DNA of 64,000 nt from Spirochaetaceae bacterium (GCA_965224705.1 OZ245056.1:2784001-2848000); one strand, 5' to 3'; positions 20,401 through 30,410 are shown, counted from the first letter of the stretch. Program-made: numbers and translations. Notes: a model not told the origin generated them from the letters alone.

Positions 20401-22553
20401 CCGTAACGGCTGCCGGTACCGGCAACTACTCCGGCACGAAAACGGGAACCTTCGTCCTGACGGTGAACGCCCCCGGCACAGCAGCGGTGGCTGCTGCCAA
20501 AGCAGCCCTGGATATCACGGATATTGGGTTTGCCTCAGGGGAAGATAAAGATAACGTAAAACAGAATATAACATTACCGACCTCTGGCGAGGAAGGTACA
20601 ACTATTTCATGGAGCAGTGACAACACGGCTGTCATTACCGCAGCAGGAGCGGTCACCCGCCCAAGTGCCTCTTCCAGTGATGCTTCAGTGACCCTGACAG
20701 CGACTATCAGCAAGGAATCCGCCACCGATACAAAGACCTTCACTCTCACTGTACTCAAGGAGGAACCAACAGACATCGGAACACTTGGCAGCTTCACCAT
20801 TGATGTGGATGACGCAACAGTAGAGGCAGGCATTGCTGATACTCACAGCGTGACGGCGGTAAATGGCGGTCTCACGGCGGAAACCGACTACACCCTTTCC
20901 ATAACGCCTCCCCTTACCATAACGAATGCAGGGGCTATCACCATACCCGCTAATGCCTACACCGCAGCAGGTACACCTACGATAACCGTAACGGCTGCCG
21001 GTACCGGCAACTACTCCGGCACGAAAACGGGAACCTTCGTCCTGACGGTGAACGCCCCCGGCACAGCAGCAGTGGCCGCAGCCAAAGCAGCCCTGACTAC
21101 CGCGAGTATTGGGTTTGCCACAGGTGAAGATAAAGATAGCGTAACTCAAGACATAACCTTGCCAACCACTGGCACTGAAGGTACAGCTATTGCATGGAGC
21201 AGTGACAACACGGCTATTGATACAGCAGGAACGGTTACCCGCCCAGATATCTCTTCCAGTGATGCCACAGTTACCCTGACAGCAACCATTTCAAAAGGAA
21301 GCGCATCTGACACAAAGACCTTCGTCCTCACCGTGCTCAAGGAGGAACCAACAGACATCGGAACACTTGGCAGCTTCACCATTGATGTGGATGACGCAAC
21401 AGTAGAGGCAGGCATTGCTGATACTCACAGCGTGACGGCGGTAAATGGCGGTCTCACGGCGGAAACCGACTACACCCTTTCCATAACGCCTCCCCTTACC
21501 ATAACGAATGCAGGGGCTATCACCATACCCGCTAATGCCTACACCGCAGCAGGTACACCTACGATAACCGTAACGGCTGCCGGTACCGGCAACTACTCCG
21601 GCACGAAAACGGGAACCTTCGTCCTGACGGTGAACGCCCCCGGCACAGCAGCGGTGGCAGCAGCCACAGCAGCCCTGACTACCGCGGATATTACCTTTGC
21701 CGCAGGTGAAGATGCAAGTAAAGTAATTCAGGACATAACCTTGCCGGCCGCTGGCACTGACGGTACATCTATTACATGGAGCAGTAACAATGGGGCTATT
21801 GCCGTAGCAGGAACGGATGGAACGGTTACCCGCCCAGCCAATGGCGCTAGCAATGCTGCAGTGACGCTGACAGCGACTATCACTAAAGACGCCGCCACCG
21901 ATACAAAGACCTTCACCCTCACCGTTATTGAAATGCAAAGAGCCGATATGTTCAGCTACGTTGATGCGGCAGACGGGGCTGTAACCATTAATAATGCGCT
22001 GTCTGCCAACAGCGTAGAGGTAACCAAAGGAACTTACAGTAATATAAAATCAGAGTGGGCTGACTTCCTTGACCCTAAACTTGAACAGGCTTCTCTGGCA
22101 GAATCTGCAGCAATGCAAGGTGGTATTTCCATTGAAGGTGGGGGGGATTGGAATATAGATAACGATACCATTGGTGAGGGGACTCTCCTGAGCTATACAT
22201 TTAGCAGGCCGGTAATTGTTCGCTCCCTTTTAATCGCCCCCAGAAGATCCCTCGATTTTCCTGTGAGGCTGGAACGAATAAGTATAGTATTATATGATAA
22301 TGAAGGCGATGTATTAGTGAGATTTGATAATCCCAGCGATGTCTCTGCTTCAAAGATTCCTGTAAAACCAGATGGTACCACCTGGACAGTGATAGGTGAT
22401 AAGACCACCGATAACTATGGAGGACATCATCAGCATGTCTTGTCAAATCCGATGGAGGGGGTATACGGATTGAAATTGCTCATTAACACAGATGACCCTG
22501 ATAATTTATTGTATACCCAGTTCAATTATTTCAATGCCGAGTTGGAATTCTAA
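17454..22553 (+). CDS. Large surface lipoprotein with tandem bacterial Ig-like repeats (putative adhesin)
   Basis: RBS AAGGAGG and lipobox LIGC. Nine TLP...WSS(D/N)N...VTRP...VTLTATI domains are interleaved with six DVDD...ITVTAAG...GNY domains, followed by a unique C-terminal ~200 aa. Confidence 0.9.
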   Translation: MKIQRIISAVLTILILIVLIGCPTPITDPTDAELVAAAKAALDIGYGGSDNANSVTQDLTLPTTGTEGTTIKWSSDNTAVITDAGEVTRPASSAGNAAVKLTATISKGGESDTKEFSLTVLKEETTGPTDADLVAAAKAALAITYESGDSNIGVTQDLTLPTTVTAAPGVTITWSSDNTAVITDAGAVTRPASSAGNAAVKLTATIEKGDETDTKEFSLTVLAEGAAGPTDAQLVAAAKAALVITDITFASGEDKDSVTQDVTLPDAGDGGTTIAWSSDNAAIAVAGTTGTVARPSASSSDATVTLTATISKESASDTKTFDLTVLKEEPTDIGTLGNFSIDVDDTTAKTNTESSHSVTVNGDLSSGSDYTLSITDPLSITDAGVITIPDSYTSIGAHTITVTAAGIGNYSGTKEATFTLTVGYSDAELVATAKTDLAITYGGSDNAGSVTQDVTLPTTVTSAPGVSITWSSDNTAINAATGTVTRPSVSSSSNASVTLTATITKGAATATKTFDLTVLKEEPTDIGTLTSFTIDVDDTTAKTNTESSHSVTVNGGLSPGNDYTLSITDPLSITNAGAISIPNTYASSDTYTITVTAAGIGNYSGTKEKTFTLTVVLSDADAVAAAKTALVITDITFASGEDKDSVTQDVTLPTSGDEGTTIAWSSDNAAIAVAGTTGTVARPSASSSDATVTLTATISKGSASDTKTFVLTVLNEEPIDIGTLTSFTIDVDDTTAKTNTESSHSVTVNGGLTEGSDYTLSITDPLTITNAGAITIPDSYTSIGAHTITVTAAGIGNYTGTKEATFTLTVVLSDADAVAAAKAALVITDITFASGEDKDSVTQDVTLPTSGDEGTAIAWSSDNTAIDTAGAVTRPSASSSDATVTLTATITKGTATDTKTFTLTVLKEEPTDIGTLGSFTIDVDDATVEAGIADTHSVTAVNGGLTAETDYTLSITPPLTITNAGAITIPANAYSAAGTPTITVTAAGTGNYSGTKTGTFVLTVNAPGTAAVAAAKAALDITDIGFASGEDKDNVKQNITLPTSGEEGTTISWSSDNTAVITAAGAVTRPSASSSDASVTLTATISKESATDTKTFTLTVLKEEPTDIGTLGSFTIDVDDATVEAGIADTHSVTAVNGGLTAETDYTLSITPPLTITNAGAITIPANAYTAAGTPTITVTAAGTGNYSGTKTGTFVLTVNAPGTAAVAAAKAALTTASIGFATGEDKDSVTQDITLPTTGTEGTAIAWSSDNTAIDTAGTVTRPDISSSDATVTLTATISKGSASDTKTFVLTVLKEEPTDIGTLGSFTIDVDDATVEAGIADTHSVTAVNGGLTAETDYTLSITPPLTITNAGAITIPANAYTAAGTPTITVTAAGTGNYSGTKTGTFVLTVNAPGTAAVAAATAALTTADITFAAGEDASKVIQDITLPAAGTDGTSITWSSNNGAIAVAGTDGTVTRPANGASNAAVTLTATITKDAATDTKTFTLTVIEMQRADMFSYVDAADGAVTINNALSANSVEVTKGTYSNIKSEWADFLDPKLEQASLAESAAMQGGISIEGGGDWNIDNDTIGEGTLLSYTFSRPVIVRSLLIAPRRSLDFPVRLERISIVLYDNEGDVLVRFDNPSDVSASKIPVKPDGTTWTVIGDKTTDNYGGHHQHVLSNPMEGVYGLKLLINTDDPDNLLYTQFNYFNAELEF

Positions 22554-22572
22554 ACCCTGCGGCAGGGTTTTA
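22552..22572 (+). terminator. Probable terminator hairpin
   Basis: AAACCCTG-CGG-CAGGGTTTT directly at the stop codon. Confidence 0.5.
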
Positions 22573-22731
22573 ATCTTTCGTGCGGCTGTAAAAGCCGCAT
22601 GAGGGATTAAGATAATCTTACGCTTGTCTCGCACCCGAGATTGTAAGGTTATGCCATGCCATTGAGCATCGGACATTAGGTTATTGAGTTTGTACATCAA
22701 GGAGGCACCCATATCAGTGGGGGCCTCCTCT

Positions 22732-22945
22732 ATTTTTGATGATTTTTTCCTGATGCAAGGCGACAAAAACTCAAGCGCACCTATAAAAACCCCGCTTTCG
22801 GAATCTGGCGCAGAGATTTTTTACTGATACAAGGCGACAAAAGCGGAGCGCAGTTGGGCTGCGTGAGCATTTTGGCAGCGCAGCTGCAGTGGTAAAGATC
22901 AAGCCAGAAACGGAATGGGTGTTTTTTATTAGAGCGTGGGCTTAG
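22732..22945 (+). repeat. Composite relic: MITE internal fragment plus a second element carrying the same structured core with different ends
   Basis: ATTTTTGATGATTTTTTCCTGATGCAAGGCGACAAAA (22732-68), then GATACAAGGCGACAAAAGCGGAGCGCAGTTGGGCTGCGTGAGCATTTTGGCAGCGC inside imperfect inverted ends. Confidence 0.7.
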
Positions 22946-22950
22946 AAGAA

Positions 22951-23342
22951 TTACAGGCTCTTGTCAGACTCTGTTTTCGCCTGTCGCAAAATCTTCTCCA
23001 TCTTTTTGCCTTTCGCCAGTTCGTCCACCAACTTGTCTAAATATCTGACCTGTTTTGTCAACGGAGTTTCAATTTCTTCTATCCGATAACCACAGACTAC
23101 TCCTGTAATCAAGTGAACATTGGGGTTCAATTCTGCATTCGCAAAGAATGTTTCAAAAGTCATTTTCCATCAATCATTTCCTGCAGTTTTCCATCATCAC
23201 CCCCCCCCCGTCAGCCATTCTATGATTTGATGCAACTCTTTTTTGTCCTGCCTTTGCTTTCAACTTTTGCGAGATAATGTGGATATACCGATGCAAATGT
23301 CATTTTTGCCATTCGTGCATCGTGTTCCGGTGTTGTTTTCAT
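22951..23342 (-). pseudogene. DUF2200 family protein with three homopolymer frameshifts
   Basis: MTFASVYPHYLAKVESKGRT...WLTG...[14 protein letters not shown]...[21 protein letters not shown], with indels at 23239-44, 23200-09 and 23163-66. Confidence 0.85.
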
Positions 23343-23343
23343 G

Positions 23344-23736
23344 CTATTTCAACCTCACTAAGCTTCCTTTTCTTTTCACTATATTTTTATAGTCCCATTG
23401 TAATTCTTTTGATTTCTTTAACCATCTTCTTAGATCAGTCAAATCGATACAGCTTGATGAAATATAGCGAATGGATGCATCTTTAAACTTACCTGTGCCA
23501 ACTTTGAGTTTTTCTTCTCCAAAATCCGCACCGCTCCAAAACATCAGACGAATACAATCCTTGAGTTTGCTGTAGCCAACAGTTGGATTACCGTTCAAAA
23601 ACCAGACAGGGTGGGCGTGCCAGATCCTATTTTCTGCTTCAGTCAGTTCACTGTCAATAGTTTCTGCAAGTAAGTCGCAGATCTCCTTATCAAGGGCTGA
23701 TTGTTTGTTGTTATATTCCCGGGTACATTCCTGCAT
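23344..23736 (-). CDS. DUF1801 (YdhG-like) domain protein
   Basis: IWHAHPVWFLNGNPTVGYS...RLMFWSGADF...WDYKNIVKRKG. Confidence 0.85.
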   Translation of the reverse strand: MQECTREYNNKQSALDKEICDLLAETIDSELTEAENRIWHAHPVWFLNGNPTVGYSKLKDCIRLMFWSGADFGEEKLKVGTGKFKDASIRYISSSCIDLTDLRRWLKKSKELQWDYKNIVKRKGSLVRLK

Positions 23737-23912
23737 ATTTCTTAGCTCTCCTAAGTCTTAGATTGTGGTGACCCCGGCCTTCTCAGCATGAGTTGTGTCC
23801 TTCTTCTTCCGGGCCTCCTTCACCCGCCATGGAATCATGCAGTTAACGAGCTTGACATGGGTTTTTATTGCATTAACAGGCTTTCTGACACTGAGTAACG
23901 CCAAACCAGCAT

Positions 23913-26444
23913 CTAAATGACAGCGGCCAGCCTCCGCACTTCCGCAAATCGCTCGCGGACAGCTTCGCGCACCAATGCCGCTCCCTTCATCTCCAGAGCA
24001 TCCGATGCAAGGCTTTCGCATTCTTTGAGAGACAGGGAACGAATAAGATACTTGAGCGCAGGTATACGGGCGGCTGAGGCACTGAATTTCCTTATGCCCA
24101 TGCCCAGGAGGATGGGGATGACCTCAAAATCGGCGGCGGCTTCTCCGCAGACGCTGATGGCCGTTTCCGAAGCCAGTGCGGCATCACTCACCTGTCTCAA
24201 CGTGCGCAGCATGGCCGGGTGGCAAACATCGTAAAGCTCGGCAAGGGCAATGTTGTCCCGCTCTGCCGCGAGGATGTATTGCACGAGATCGTTTGTTCCT
24301 ATGCTGAAAAAATCGGATTCCATGGCAAGTTCTTGAGCCAGCATCACACTGGCCGGTGTCTCTATCATCACACCGAGAGGAACATGACGGGCGCATTCTA
24401 TTTCCTCCTCTTCCAGCTCTTGCCTCACATGCTCCAGCTTCTCCTTGAAAAGTGCGATTTCCTGCCTGTCCACAACCATGGGCAGCATAATCTTCATGCC
24501 GCCATGGACAGCCGCCCGGAGCAGGGCACGAAGCTGAACATGTAAAAGATGTTCATGCTTGAAAACAAAGCGTATGCCCCGCAGTCCCAGGAAGGGATTG
24601 GCTTCCTCATTCAATGGTAGATAAGGGATTTTCTTGTCTCCTCCAATGTCCAGGATTCGAATGATCACACCCCTTCCCTGCATTTCCTTCACGGCATGCG
24701 CGTATGCCTCATATTGTTCCTCTTCACCTGGCGGCGACAGGCGGTCGAGAAACAGGAATTCCGAGCGAAACAGGCCCACCCCATCCGCGCCGCTGGCCGC
24801 CAGCCCGTCCATATCCCGCCGTGAACCGATGTTCGCGGCGCATTCTGTCCCTACCCCATCCCGGGTACGCGCCATTTCCTGCGCCTGAGCACCAAGCTCC
24901 TCTTTCAGAATCACCAGATCCCTCATCATTTTCCGGCAGGACGCCGCCCTGTCAGCATCAGGATTCAGGACAATCTCCGGCGAATTCGCATCCAGAAAAA
25001 CAGCGGCCTCTGAGGAGACGGCATCCATATCCTCATAACCGCTGACCATGGGGATACCTTCCGAACGGGCAATAATCGCGGCATGTGATGTGGGGCCGCC
25101 CGTTCTGGTTACAATGCCCTTCACTCTGCGTGAATCGATCTTCGTGATGACTCCCGGACTGATCTCATCAATGAACAGAATGGCATTCTCCGGCGAGTCC
25201 GTTATCGCGGGCACGGAAACTCTCGCTGATTCACGCAGCAGGCGCACACCGATGTCCACAAGATCGTCCGCCCTGGCCTGAAGCAGTTCATTGCCTTCAA
25301 TTGCCCCGTATTCGCCGGCCACATCCACGCACGCAGTCCACCAGGCCCGCTCCGCAGAGCTTCCTCCCGAAATGGCTCCCTTCGCCCGGAAAAGCAGGTC
25401 AGGATCCTTCATCATCACCTGATGCATTTGCAGCACGGATTTAGCCGCCCCCTCCTCTCGATCGTCCACCTCCGCCCGCAGAGTTTCCTGGGCCCTGGAA
25501 AGCAATCCATCCAGCAGCGCCATTTCCTCTCCGGGAGAGGCCGCCGCCTCATCGTGGAAAATGGGTTTCACTGCGGAGTCAATTTTCCATACATTCCCCA
25601 TGGCCAGGCCGCGAGAAATACTGACCAGCCTGGGAGCCGGCCGACTTTCTTCTCCGGGTGCCGAATTCTTTGCGAAGTCCTCATTGCGCAAAGCCTCCAG
25701 CTCTTCATCACTGACTTCCCTCTCGTTGAATTCACGCAAAACCAGGATGGACATCTCATCAAGAAAGGCCTGTGCCTCCCTCCCCCAGGCATGAACGGCA
25801 ACGGCATCGCCTCGGCGAAGGTTGAGTTTGGCGATGGAGTTCAGGCTTCGGGCGGAGGCGGGGTGCTTCTCCGAGTCCTTCACGCTCAGGTAAATCTCCG
25901 CGTCGAACTTTGAGGCGGCCTGAACCAGGGCGGCCGCCGGTCTCGCGTGCAGACCGTGCTGGTTCCTTATGAGAAAGGTTTCATTCAGCGCATCCGGCGG
26001 AAAGGAAACGGCCTGTTCGGGGGAGGGGGCATAAGCAGCCTCGCCAAGCTGTTCACGCTTGGGCGCAAGCGCGCTGAGCGCCTCCTGCTTCACCGTTTCC
26101 ATGTCCGCGCCTATGACCGACTGCACGGCCGCTATGATGCTCCCCTCAACCAGAGGGGCGGAACACAGATGAACATGGGAGGCCGCCTTTTCGCCCAGAA
26201 AATCCAGCGCCGTCTCCGCGCTGAGCAAAGCACTTCCCATGTCCATCAAAACAAGGACACCATCCTCCGAATCAACCTGAGCGATGGCGTCCATTATGGC
26301 CGTTGCATCGGTTCCGAAATCCTCTCCATCATCGCCCGTGCCGCCAACTCCCACAACGCTTGCTTCACTTGCGGCCTGTTTGGCAAGGGAACAGGCGGCC
26401 AGAGCCAAAGCCTTGCTGTGAGAAACCAGAACAACACCGACCAA
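23913..26444 (-). CDS. dhaM: Fused DhaM(EIIA)-HPr-Enzyme I phosphotransferase
   Basis: VLVSHS...MDMGSA (DhaM), GLHARPAA (HPr), GGPTSHAAIIAR (EI His), then GVGLFRSEFLF, NPFLGLRG, FFSIGTNDL and CGE (PEP-binding domain). Confidence 0.92.
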   Translation of the reverse strand: MVGVVLVSHSKALALAACSLAKQAASEASVVGVGGTGDDGEDFGTDATAIMDAIAQVDSEDGVLVLMDMGSALLSAETALDFLGEKAASHVHLCSAPLVEGSIIAAVQSVIGADMETVKQEALSALAPKREQLGEAAYAPSPEQAVSFPPDALNETFLIRNQHGLHARPAAALVQAASKFDAEIYLSVKDSEKHPASARSLNSIAKLNLRRGDAVAVHAWGREAQAFLDEMSILVLREFNEREVSDEELEALRNEDFAKNSAPGEESRPAPRLVSISRGLAMGNVWKIDSAVKPIFHDEAAASPGEEMALLDGLLSRAQETLRAEVDDREEGAAKSVLQMHQVMMKDPDLLFRAKGAISGGSSAERAWWTACVDVAGEYGAIEGNELLQARADDLVDIGVRLLRESARVSVPAITDSPENAILFIDEISPGVITKIDSRRVKGIVTRTGGPTSHAAIIARSEGIPMVSGYEDMDAVSSEAAVFLDANSPEIVLNPDADRAASCRKMMRDLVILKEELGAQAQEMARTRDGVGTECAANIGSRRDMDGLAASGADGVGLFRSEFLFLDRLSPPGEEEQYEAYAHAVKEMQGRGVIIRILDIGGDKKIPYLPLNEEANPFLGLRGIRFVFKHEHLLHVQLRALLRAAVHGGMKIMLPMVVDRQEIALFKEKLEHVRQELEEEEIECARHVPLGVMIETPASVMLAQELAMESDFFSIGTNDLVQYILAAERDNIALAELYDVCHPAMLRTLRQVSDAALASETAISVCGEAAADFEVIPILLGMGIRKFSASAARIPALKYLIRSLSLKECESLASDALEMKGAALVREAVRERFAEVRRLAAVI

Positions 26445-26447
26445 TCT

Positions 26448-27068
26448 CTAATCTCCCAGAGTGTCTGCCGCCGCTTTCAGCAGCAAAAAACTCGATGTCG
26501 CACCGGGATCCTGATGACCTTGACTTCTCTCACCCAGGTAGCTGGCCCGCCCCTTTTTCGCGATCATGTCAACCGTGCTTTTCATGCCCCCCTCGGCGGC
26601 CTCTGCGCCCTTCGTGAGCATTTCCCTGACAGAGGATTGTGCTTCCTTCATGGCCTCCAGCGCCGGGAGCCACGTGTCGATCATCGTCTTGTCACCGGCC
26701 TGTGCCTTTCCCCGGGCTATCAGCCCGGCCACGCCCTCTTCAAAGAGACCGAAAAGCTGTTTCGCATCCAGTTCCTGCGCATTACCGGCGGCCATGGAAG
26801 CTTTGAGGAAGAACGTTCCGTAAAGAGGGCCGGAGGCCCCCCCTACGGTTTTGATAAGCTGCATGGATACGGTTTTCAGTAATTCGCCTATGGAATCCGG
26901 GGAAACATTCGCAAGATGCTTCTGAACGGTCTGGAAGCCCCGCTTCATGTTGACCCCATGATCGGCATCTCCGATAGCGGAATCCAGATCGGTCAGGTAG
27001 GCTTCATTCTCATTGTAGACTTCCGACAGTTTGCCCAGGAAGGCCATGAATTGCTTCATCGTCACCAT
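26448..27068 (-). CDS. dhaL: Dihydroxyacetone kinase ADP-binding subunit
   Basis: LDSAIGDADHG, GGASGPLYG, GDKTM and KGRASYLGERS..HQDPGATS motifs. Confidence 0.95.
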   Translation of the reverse strand: MVTMKQFMAFLGKLSEVYNENEAYLTDLDSAIGDADHGVNMKRGFQTVQKHLANVSPDSIGELLKTVSMQLIKTVGGASGPLYGTFFLKASMAAGNAQELDAKQLFGLFEEGVAGLIARGKAQAGDKTMIDTWLPALEAMKEAQSSVREMLTKGAEAAEGGMKSTVDMIAKKGRASYLGERSQGHQDPGATSSFLLLKAAADTLGD

Positions 27069-27084
27069 ACCGCAATCCTGTCAC

Positions 27085-27753
27085 CTATTCCGAGCTTCCG
27101 CCATCGAGATACTTGAAGACTCCCGCTGCGAGCAGACCGCCGACAATTGGACCAACAATGTAAACCCAGAGATTGGTGAAATTCCCTGCAACGATGGCAG
27201 GGCCGATACTCCGCGCCGGATTGATGCTCGTATTGGTGACGGCACCGGTCGTGAAAATCACCGCTGCCACGACAAGACCGATGATGAGACCGGCAAAATC
27301 ACTCTTACCCTTCCCCACGGCGCAGCCGAAAACGGTGAGTACCAGAATGAAGGTAGCGATAACCTCAACACCCACACCCGTGAGGGGCGAGAGACCATCC
27401 GCGAGACCGGTCACGCCCAGTCCGGAACCAACGGACGCCAGGGTGAATTTCATGAGCAGCGCGGCCACAGTAGCCCCGAGAACCTGTGCAATAATGTAAA
27501 CAATTACCTGCTTTATCTTGATCAGACCGTAGGCCCATAGAGCTATGGTAACGGCGGGATTTATGTGCGCGCCGGAGACATTGCCCAGAGAGTACACCGC
27601 TGCGGCAACGATGAAGCCGAAGGCCAGCGAAACGCCAACGAGGCCAAGGAGGTCGAAGAACATCGCACTCCCGGCACCGACATAAACAAGTAAAAGTGTG
27701 CCGAAAAACTCGGCTGTAAATTGTCGTCCTGTATCATTCATTTTCTTCTCCAA
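27085..27753 (-). CDS. MIP/aquaporin family channel
   Basis: AEFFGT, SGAHINPAVT, SINPARSIGPA and WVYIVGP motifs. Confidence 0.93.
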   Translation of the reverse strand: MEKKMNDTGRQFTAEFFGTLLLVYVGAGSAMFFDLLGLVGVSLAFGFIVAAAVYSLGNVSGAHINPAVTIALWAYGLIKIKQVIVYIIAQVLGATVAALLMKFTLASVGSGLGVTGLADGLSPLTGVGVEVIATFILVLTVFGCAVGKGKSDFAGLIIGLVVAAVIFTTGAVTNTSINPARSIGPAIVAGNFTNLWVYIVGPIVGGLLAAGVFKYLDGGSSE

Positions 27754-27807
27754 ATTTCTTCAGGATCTTTACAGAATCCCTTATTAATCCAGTCGCACTC
27801 GCGACTT

Positions 27808-28809
27808 CTACACACCCCAGCGCAAGGCCGGAGTATGAACCGGAAATTCCCAGCATGAGAGCATGTCGTCGGAAGCCCTAACAACGGTGATTGAACAGCC
27901 CTGCATCTCAAGGGAAGTGATGTAATTTCCAATCAGTTTTCCCCTGATTGCGATCCCTTTCTTTTTCATGATCGCTGCCAATTCGTTGTACACGACATAC
28001 AGTTCAACGAGAGGCGTTCCGCCCATGCCGTTCACCATGACAATGGCATTGTCCCCTGATTTGAAAGGAAGATCCGTCAGCACGGCATCGGCCATCATTT
28101 CCGTCAATTCCCTGGCAGGCACGTGTTTCATTCGTGTTCTTCCCGGTTCTCCATGAATGCCGATCCCAAACTCCATGTCTTCACTGCCGAGATCGAAAGT
28201 TGGCTTCCCCGCCGCCGGGGTAATACAGGAAGTGAGAGCCATACCGATGGAGCGTCCGTTTGCGTTCACTTCCTTGCAAATATCGGTAACCTGCTGCAGA
28301 CTGCGGTTTTTCTCGGCAGCCGCACCGCAGATTTTTTCTGCGATAACCGTTGCACCGACACCCCGTCTTCCCGTTGTGTACAGGCTGTCCTTCACGGCAA
28401 CATCGTCATCCATGACAACGGCGGTGACCTTGATGCCGTTGGCTTCACAAAGCTCCTGGGCCATTTCAAAATTCATCACATCGCCGGTGTAGTTCTTCAC
28501 GATGTGGAGCACCCCTGCCCCGCCATCCACGGCCTTGGTGCAGGCCTCCATCTGATCCGGTGTCGGTGATGTGAAAATGTCACCTGGGCAGGCGCCGTCC
28601 AGCATACCGTACCCGACAAAGCCGCCATGCATCGGTTCGTGGCCGCTGCCGCCCCCTGAGATGATGGCCACTTTGTCCTTGATGGGCGACTTCGCTCTGA
28701 CAATGAAGTCAGGATTGTAATGAACAGTCACCAAATCTCCATGAGCAGCTTCCACACCACCCAGCGAATCCTTGACAACCGTCTCCGTGCTATTAATCAG
28801 TTTCTTCAT
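27808..28809 (-). CDS. dhaK: Dihydroxyacetone kinase DHA-binding subunit
   Basis: [37 protein letters not shown] and TSLEM motifs; RBS AGGAGG. Confidence 0.96.
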   Translation of the reverse strand: MKKLINSTETVVKDSLGGVEAAHGDLVTVHYNPDFIVRAKSPIKDKVAIISGGGSGHEPMHGGFVGYGMLDGACPGDIFTSPTPDQMEACTKAVDGGAGVLHIVKNYTGDVMNFEMAQELCEANGIKVTAVVMDDDVAVKDSLYTTGRRGVGATVIAEKICGAAAEKNRSLQQVTDICKEVNANGRSIGMALTSCITPAAGKPTFDLGSEDMEFGIGIHGEPGRTRMKHVPARELTEMMADAVLTDLPFKSGDNAIVMVNGMGGTPLVELYVVYNELAAIMKKKGIAIRGKLIGNYITSLEMQGCSITVVRASDDMLSCWEFPVHTPALRWGV

Positions 28810-28840
28810 AACAAACCTCCTGCGGTTTTCAATCGTAACT

Positions 28841-28861
28841 TAACTTACATAAAGTAAGTTA
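28841..28861. promoter_or_regulatory. Palindromic putative operator upstream of dhaK
   Basis: TAACTTAC-ATAAA-GTAAGTTA. Confidence 0.45.
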
Positions 28862-29092
28862 GTTCATCCAAAAAAAATAGCATGAAATGACTTGTGGGAA
28901 TGCTAAGGACAATTTCACAGGAACATGTCTCACCCCCTCGCATCAGGGAAAGGCTGGAAGTCCAACGATGCTTGAAAAGTTAATTATACTTTATACCCGA
29001 GAATTGTTTTTTCCACAAGAGCAATCCCGGGATTTTTTTAAAAAATTCAGACCTTTAATTGCCGAAACGCTGTCAAATCTCCCGGATCTCAG

Positions 29093-29201
29093 GAGTCTGT
29101 CGGACTTACGGAGCGCAGCTGGGCTGCGTGAGTATTTTGGCAACGCGGCAGCGGAAAAAAAGGGTGAAAATCGAGCCGTGAGGCGTAAGTCCGACAGGCT
29201 C
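29093..29201 (+). mobile_element. MITE copy B (109 bp, internally deleted)
   Basis: Same TIRs, with a TCAG direct repeat at 29089-92 and 29202-05. The right TCA is the stop codon of the LacI gene. Confidence 0.85.
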
Positions 29202-30224
29202 TCAGGATGTGGGAACTTCTCCGAGGGATTCTCTCTGGATGAACTCAGCCTGCAGTATCGTTGTTCTTGGCGGCGTTTCATTTTCAATCTTCTCAATGAT
29301 GCGCGCAGAAGCGATGGAGCCCAATTCACTTAGCGGCTGCTGAAATGTGGAGAGTGAAGGACTCGTATAGGGTGTGAATTCCTCGTTGTTGTCAAATCCT
29401 ATCAGAGAGAAGTTTTGTGGGCACCGCAGACCCTGTTCTCCGGCGGCGCGAAGAAAACCGATGGCCGACGCATCGTTCACCGCAAACACGCCTGTGAACG
29501 GCGGAAGCAGCGGCAGGTGCTTTCGAGTATGATTATACGCAGTGGTCGATGTATAGTCCCCATAAATTACTCGATCCTCACCCCAGGGGACTTTTGCTTC
29601 CTTGAGACTATCTTGAAAGCCTTTGCGGCGTTCGGCTGCAGCATAGGATGTATCCATGCCATGAATATAAATCAACTCTTTATGACCCTTTTCAAGCAGG
29701 GCCTTCGCCGCAGTTCGCCCGGCCTGGTAATTGTCAATGAAGACCTGATCCAGAGAGCTGTCATTCATATCCTGATCTGCAATGATGAGGTGTTTATGAA
29801 AATATCGCAGCTTTTTCAGTATTTCAGCATCTTCAGCCGTTCTCAGGGGGAAGTAGATGACTCCTTCTATCATTTTGTTATTGAGGAAATTCGAGAACTT
29901 TTCGCGTGAACTATGAATGGTGCTGTCAATATCGCGGGAGTAAAATATGGTACTGAAATAGCCCGAACAGGTCAGATGATTCTGTATCCCCTGGAGTGTT
30001 TCCCAGTAAAACGGGCCTATGCCCGGGAACAGTATACCAATGTGGTAGCTCCGGCCAGTTCTTAGAATACGTGCAGACTGATTGACCCTGTAGCCGGATT
30101 CAATGATGGCTTTTTTCACCCGATGAGCTGTATCTGGTTTGACTGCGTTGGGATTCGTAAGGTATCGAGATACTGTAGCGGCAGAAACATCTGCAAGCCT
30201 TGCCACATCACGCTGGTTGGACAT
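29202..30224 (-). CDS. LacI-family transcriptional regulator
   Basis: DVARLADVSAATVSRYL HTH, then DNYQAG, NDASAIG, SLIGFDN and PSLSTFQQP. Confidence 0.95.
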   Translation of the reverse strand: MSNQRDVARLADVSAATVSRYLTNPNAVKPDTAHRVKKAIIESGYRVNQSARILRTGRSYHIGILFPGIGPFYWETLQGIQNHLTCSGYFSTIFYSRDIDSTIHSSREKFSNFLNNKMIEGVIYFPLRTAEDAEILKKLRYFHKHLIIADQDMNDSSLDQVFIDNYQAGRTAAKALLEKGHKELIYIHGMDTSYAAAERRKGFQDSLKEAKVPWGEDRVIYGDYTSTTAYNHTRKHLPLLPPFTGVFAVNDASAIGFLRAAGEQGLRCPQNFSLIGFDNNEEFTPYTSPSLSTFQQPLSELGSIASARIIEKIENETPPRTTILQAEFIQRESLGEVPTS

Positions 30225-30410
30225 AAATTCATCCTTCTTCCGTTACTTATGATAGTCCTGAATACCAGACAGCAACACGGTCACTTCAGGATGACCAGGA
30301 TTGCCAGTTCATCCTGCCATTCCTTCATCTTATCATCAAAGTTACAGCCGGTGTCAACCCTTCAAAAATTCACAGGACATCCAGATATTACAAAAAAAGC
30401 AATTTTTTTT

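Noticed and set aside
17621..21938. Repeated minus-strand ORFs
   Set aside because: Antisense shadows of the repetitive adhesin.
12110..29000. Integrative island or prophage at the ssrA 3' end
   Set aside because: No integrase or phage genes, and I saw no duplicated ssrA 3' end.
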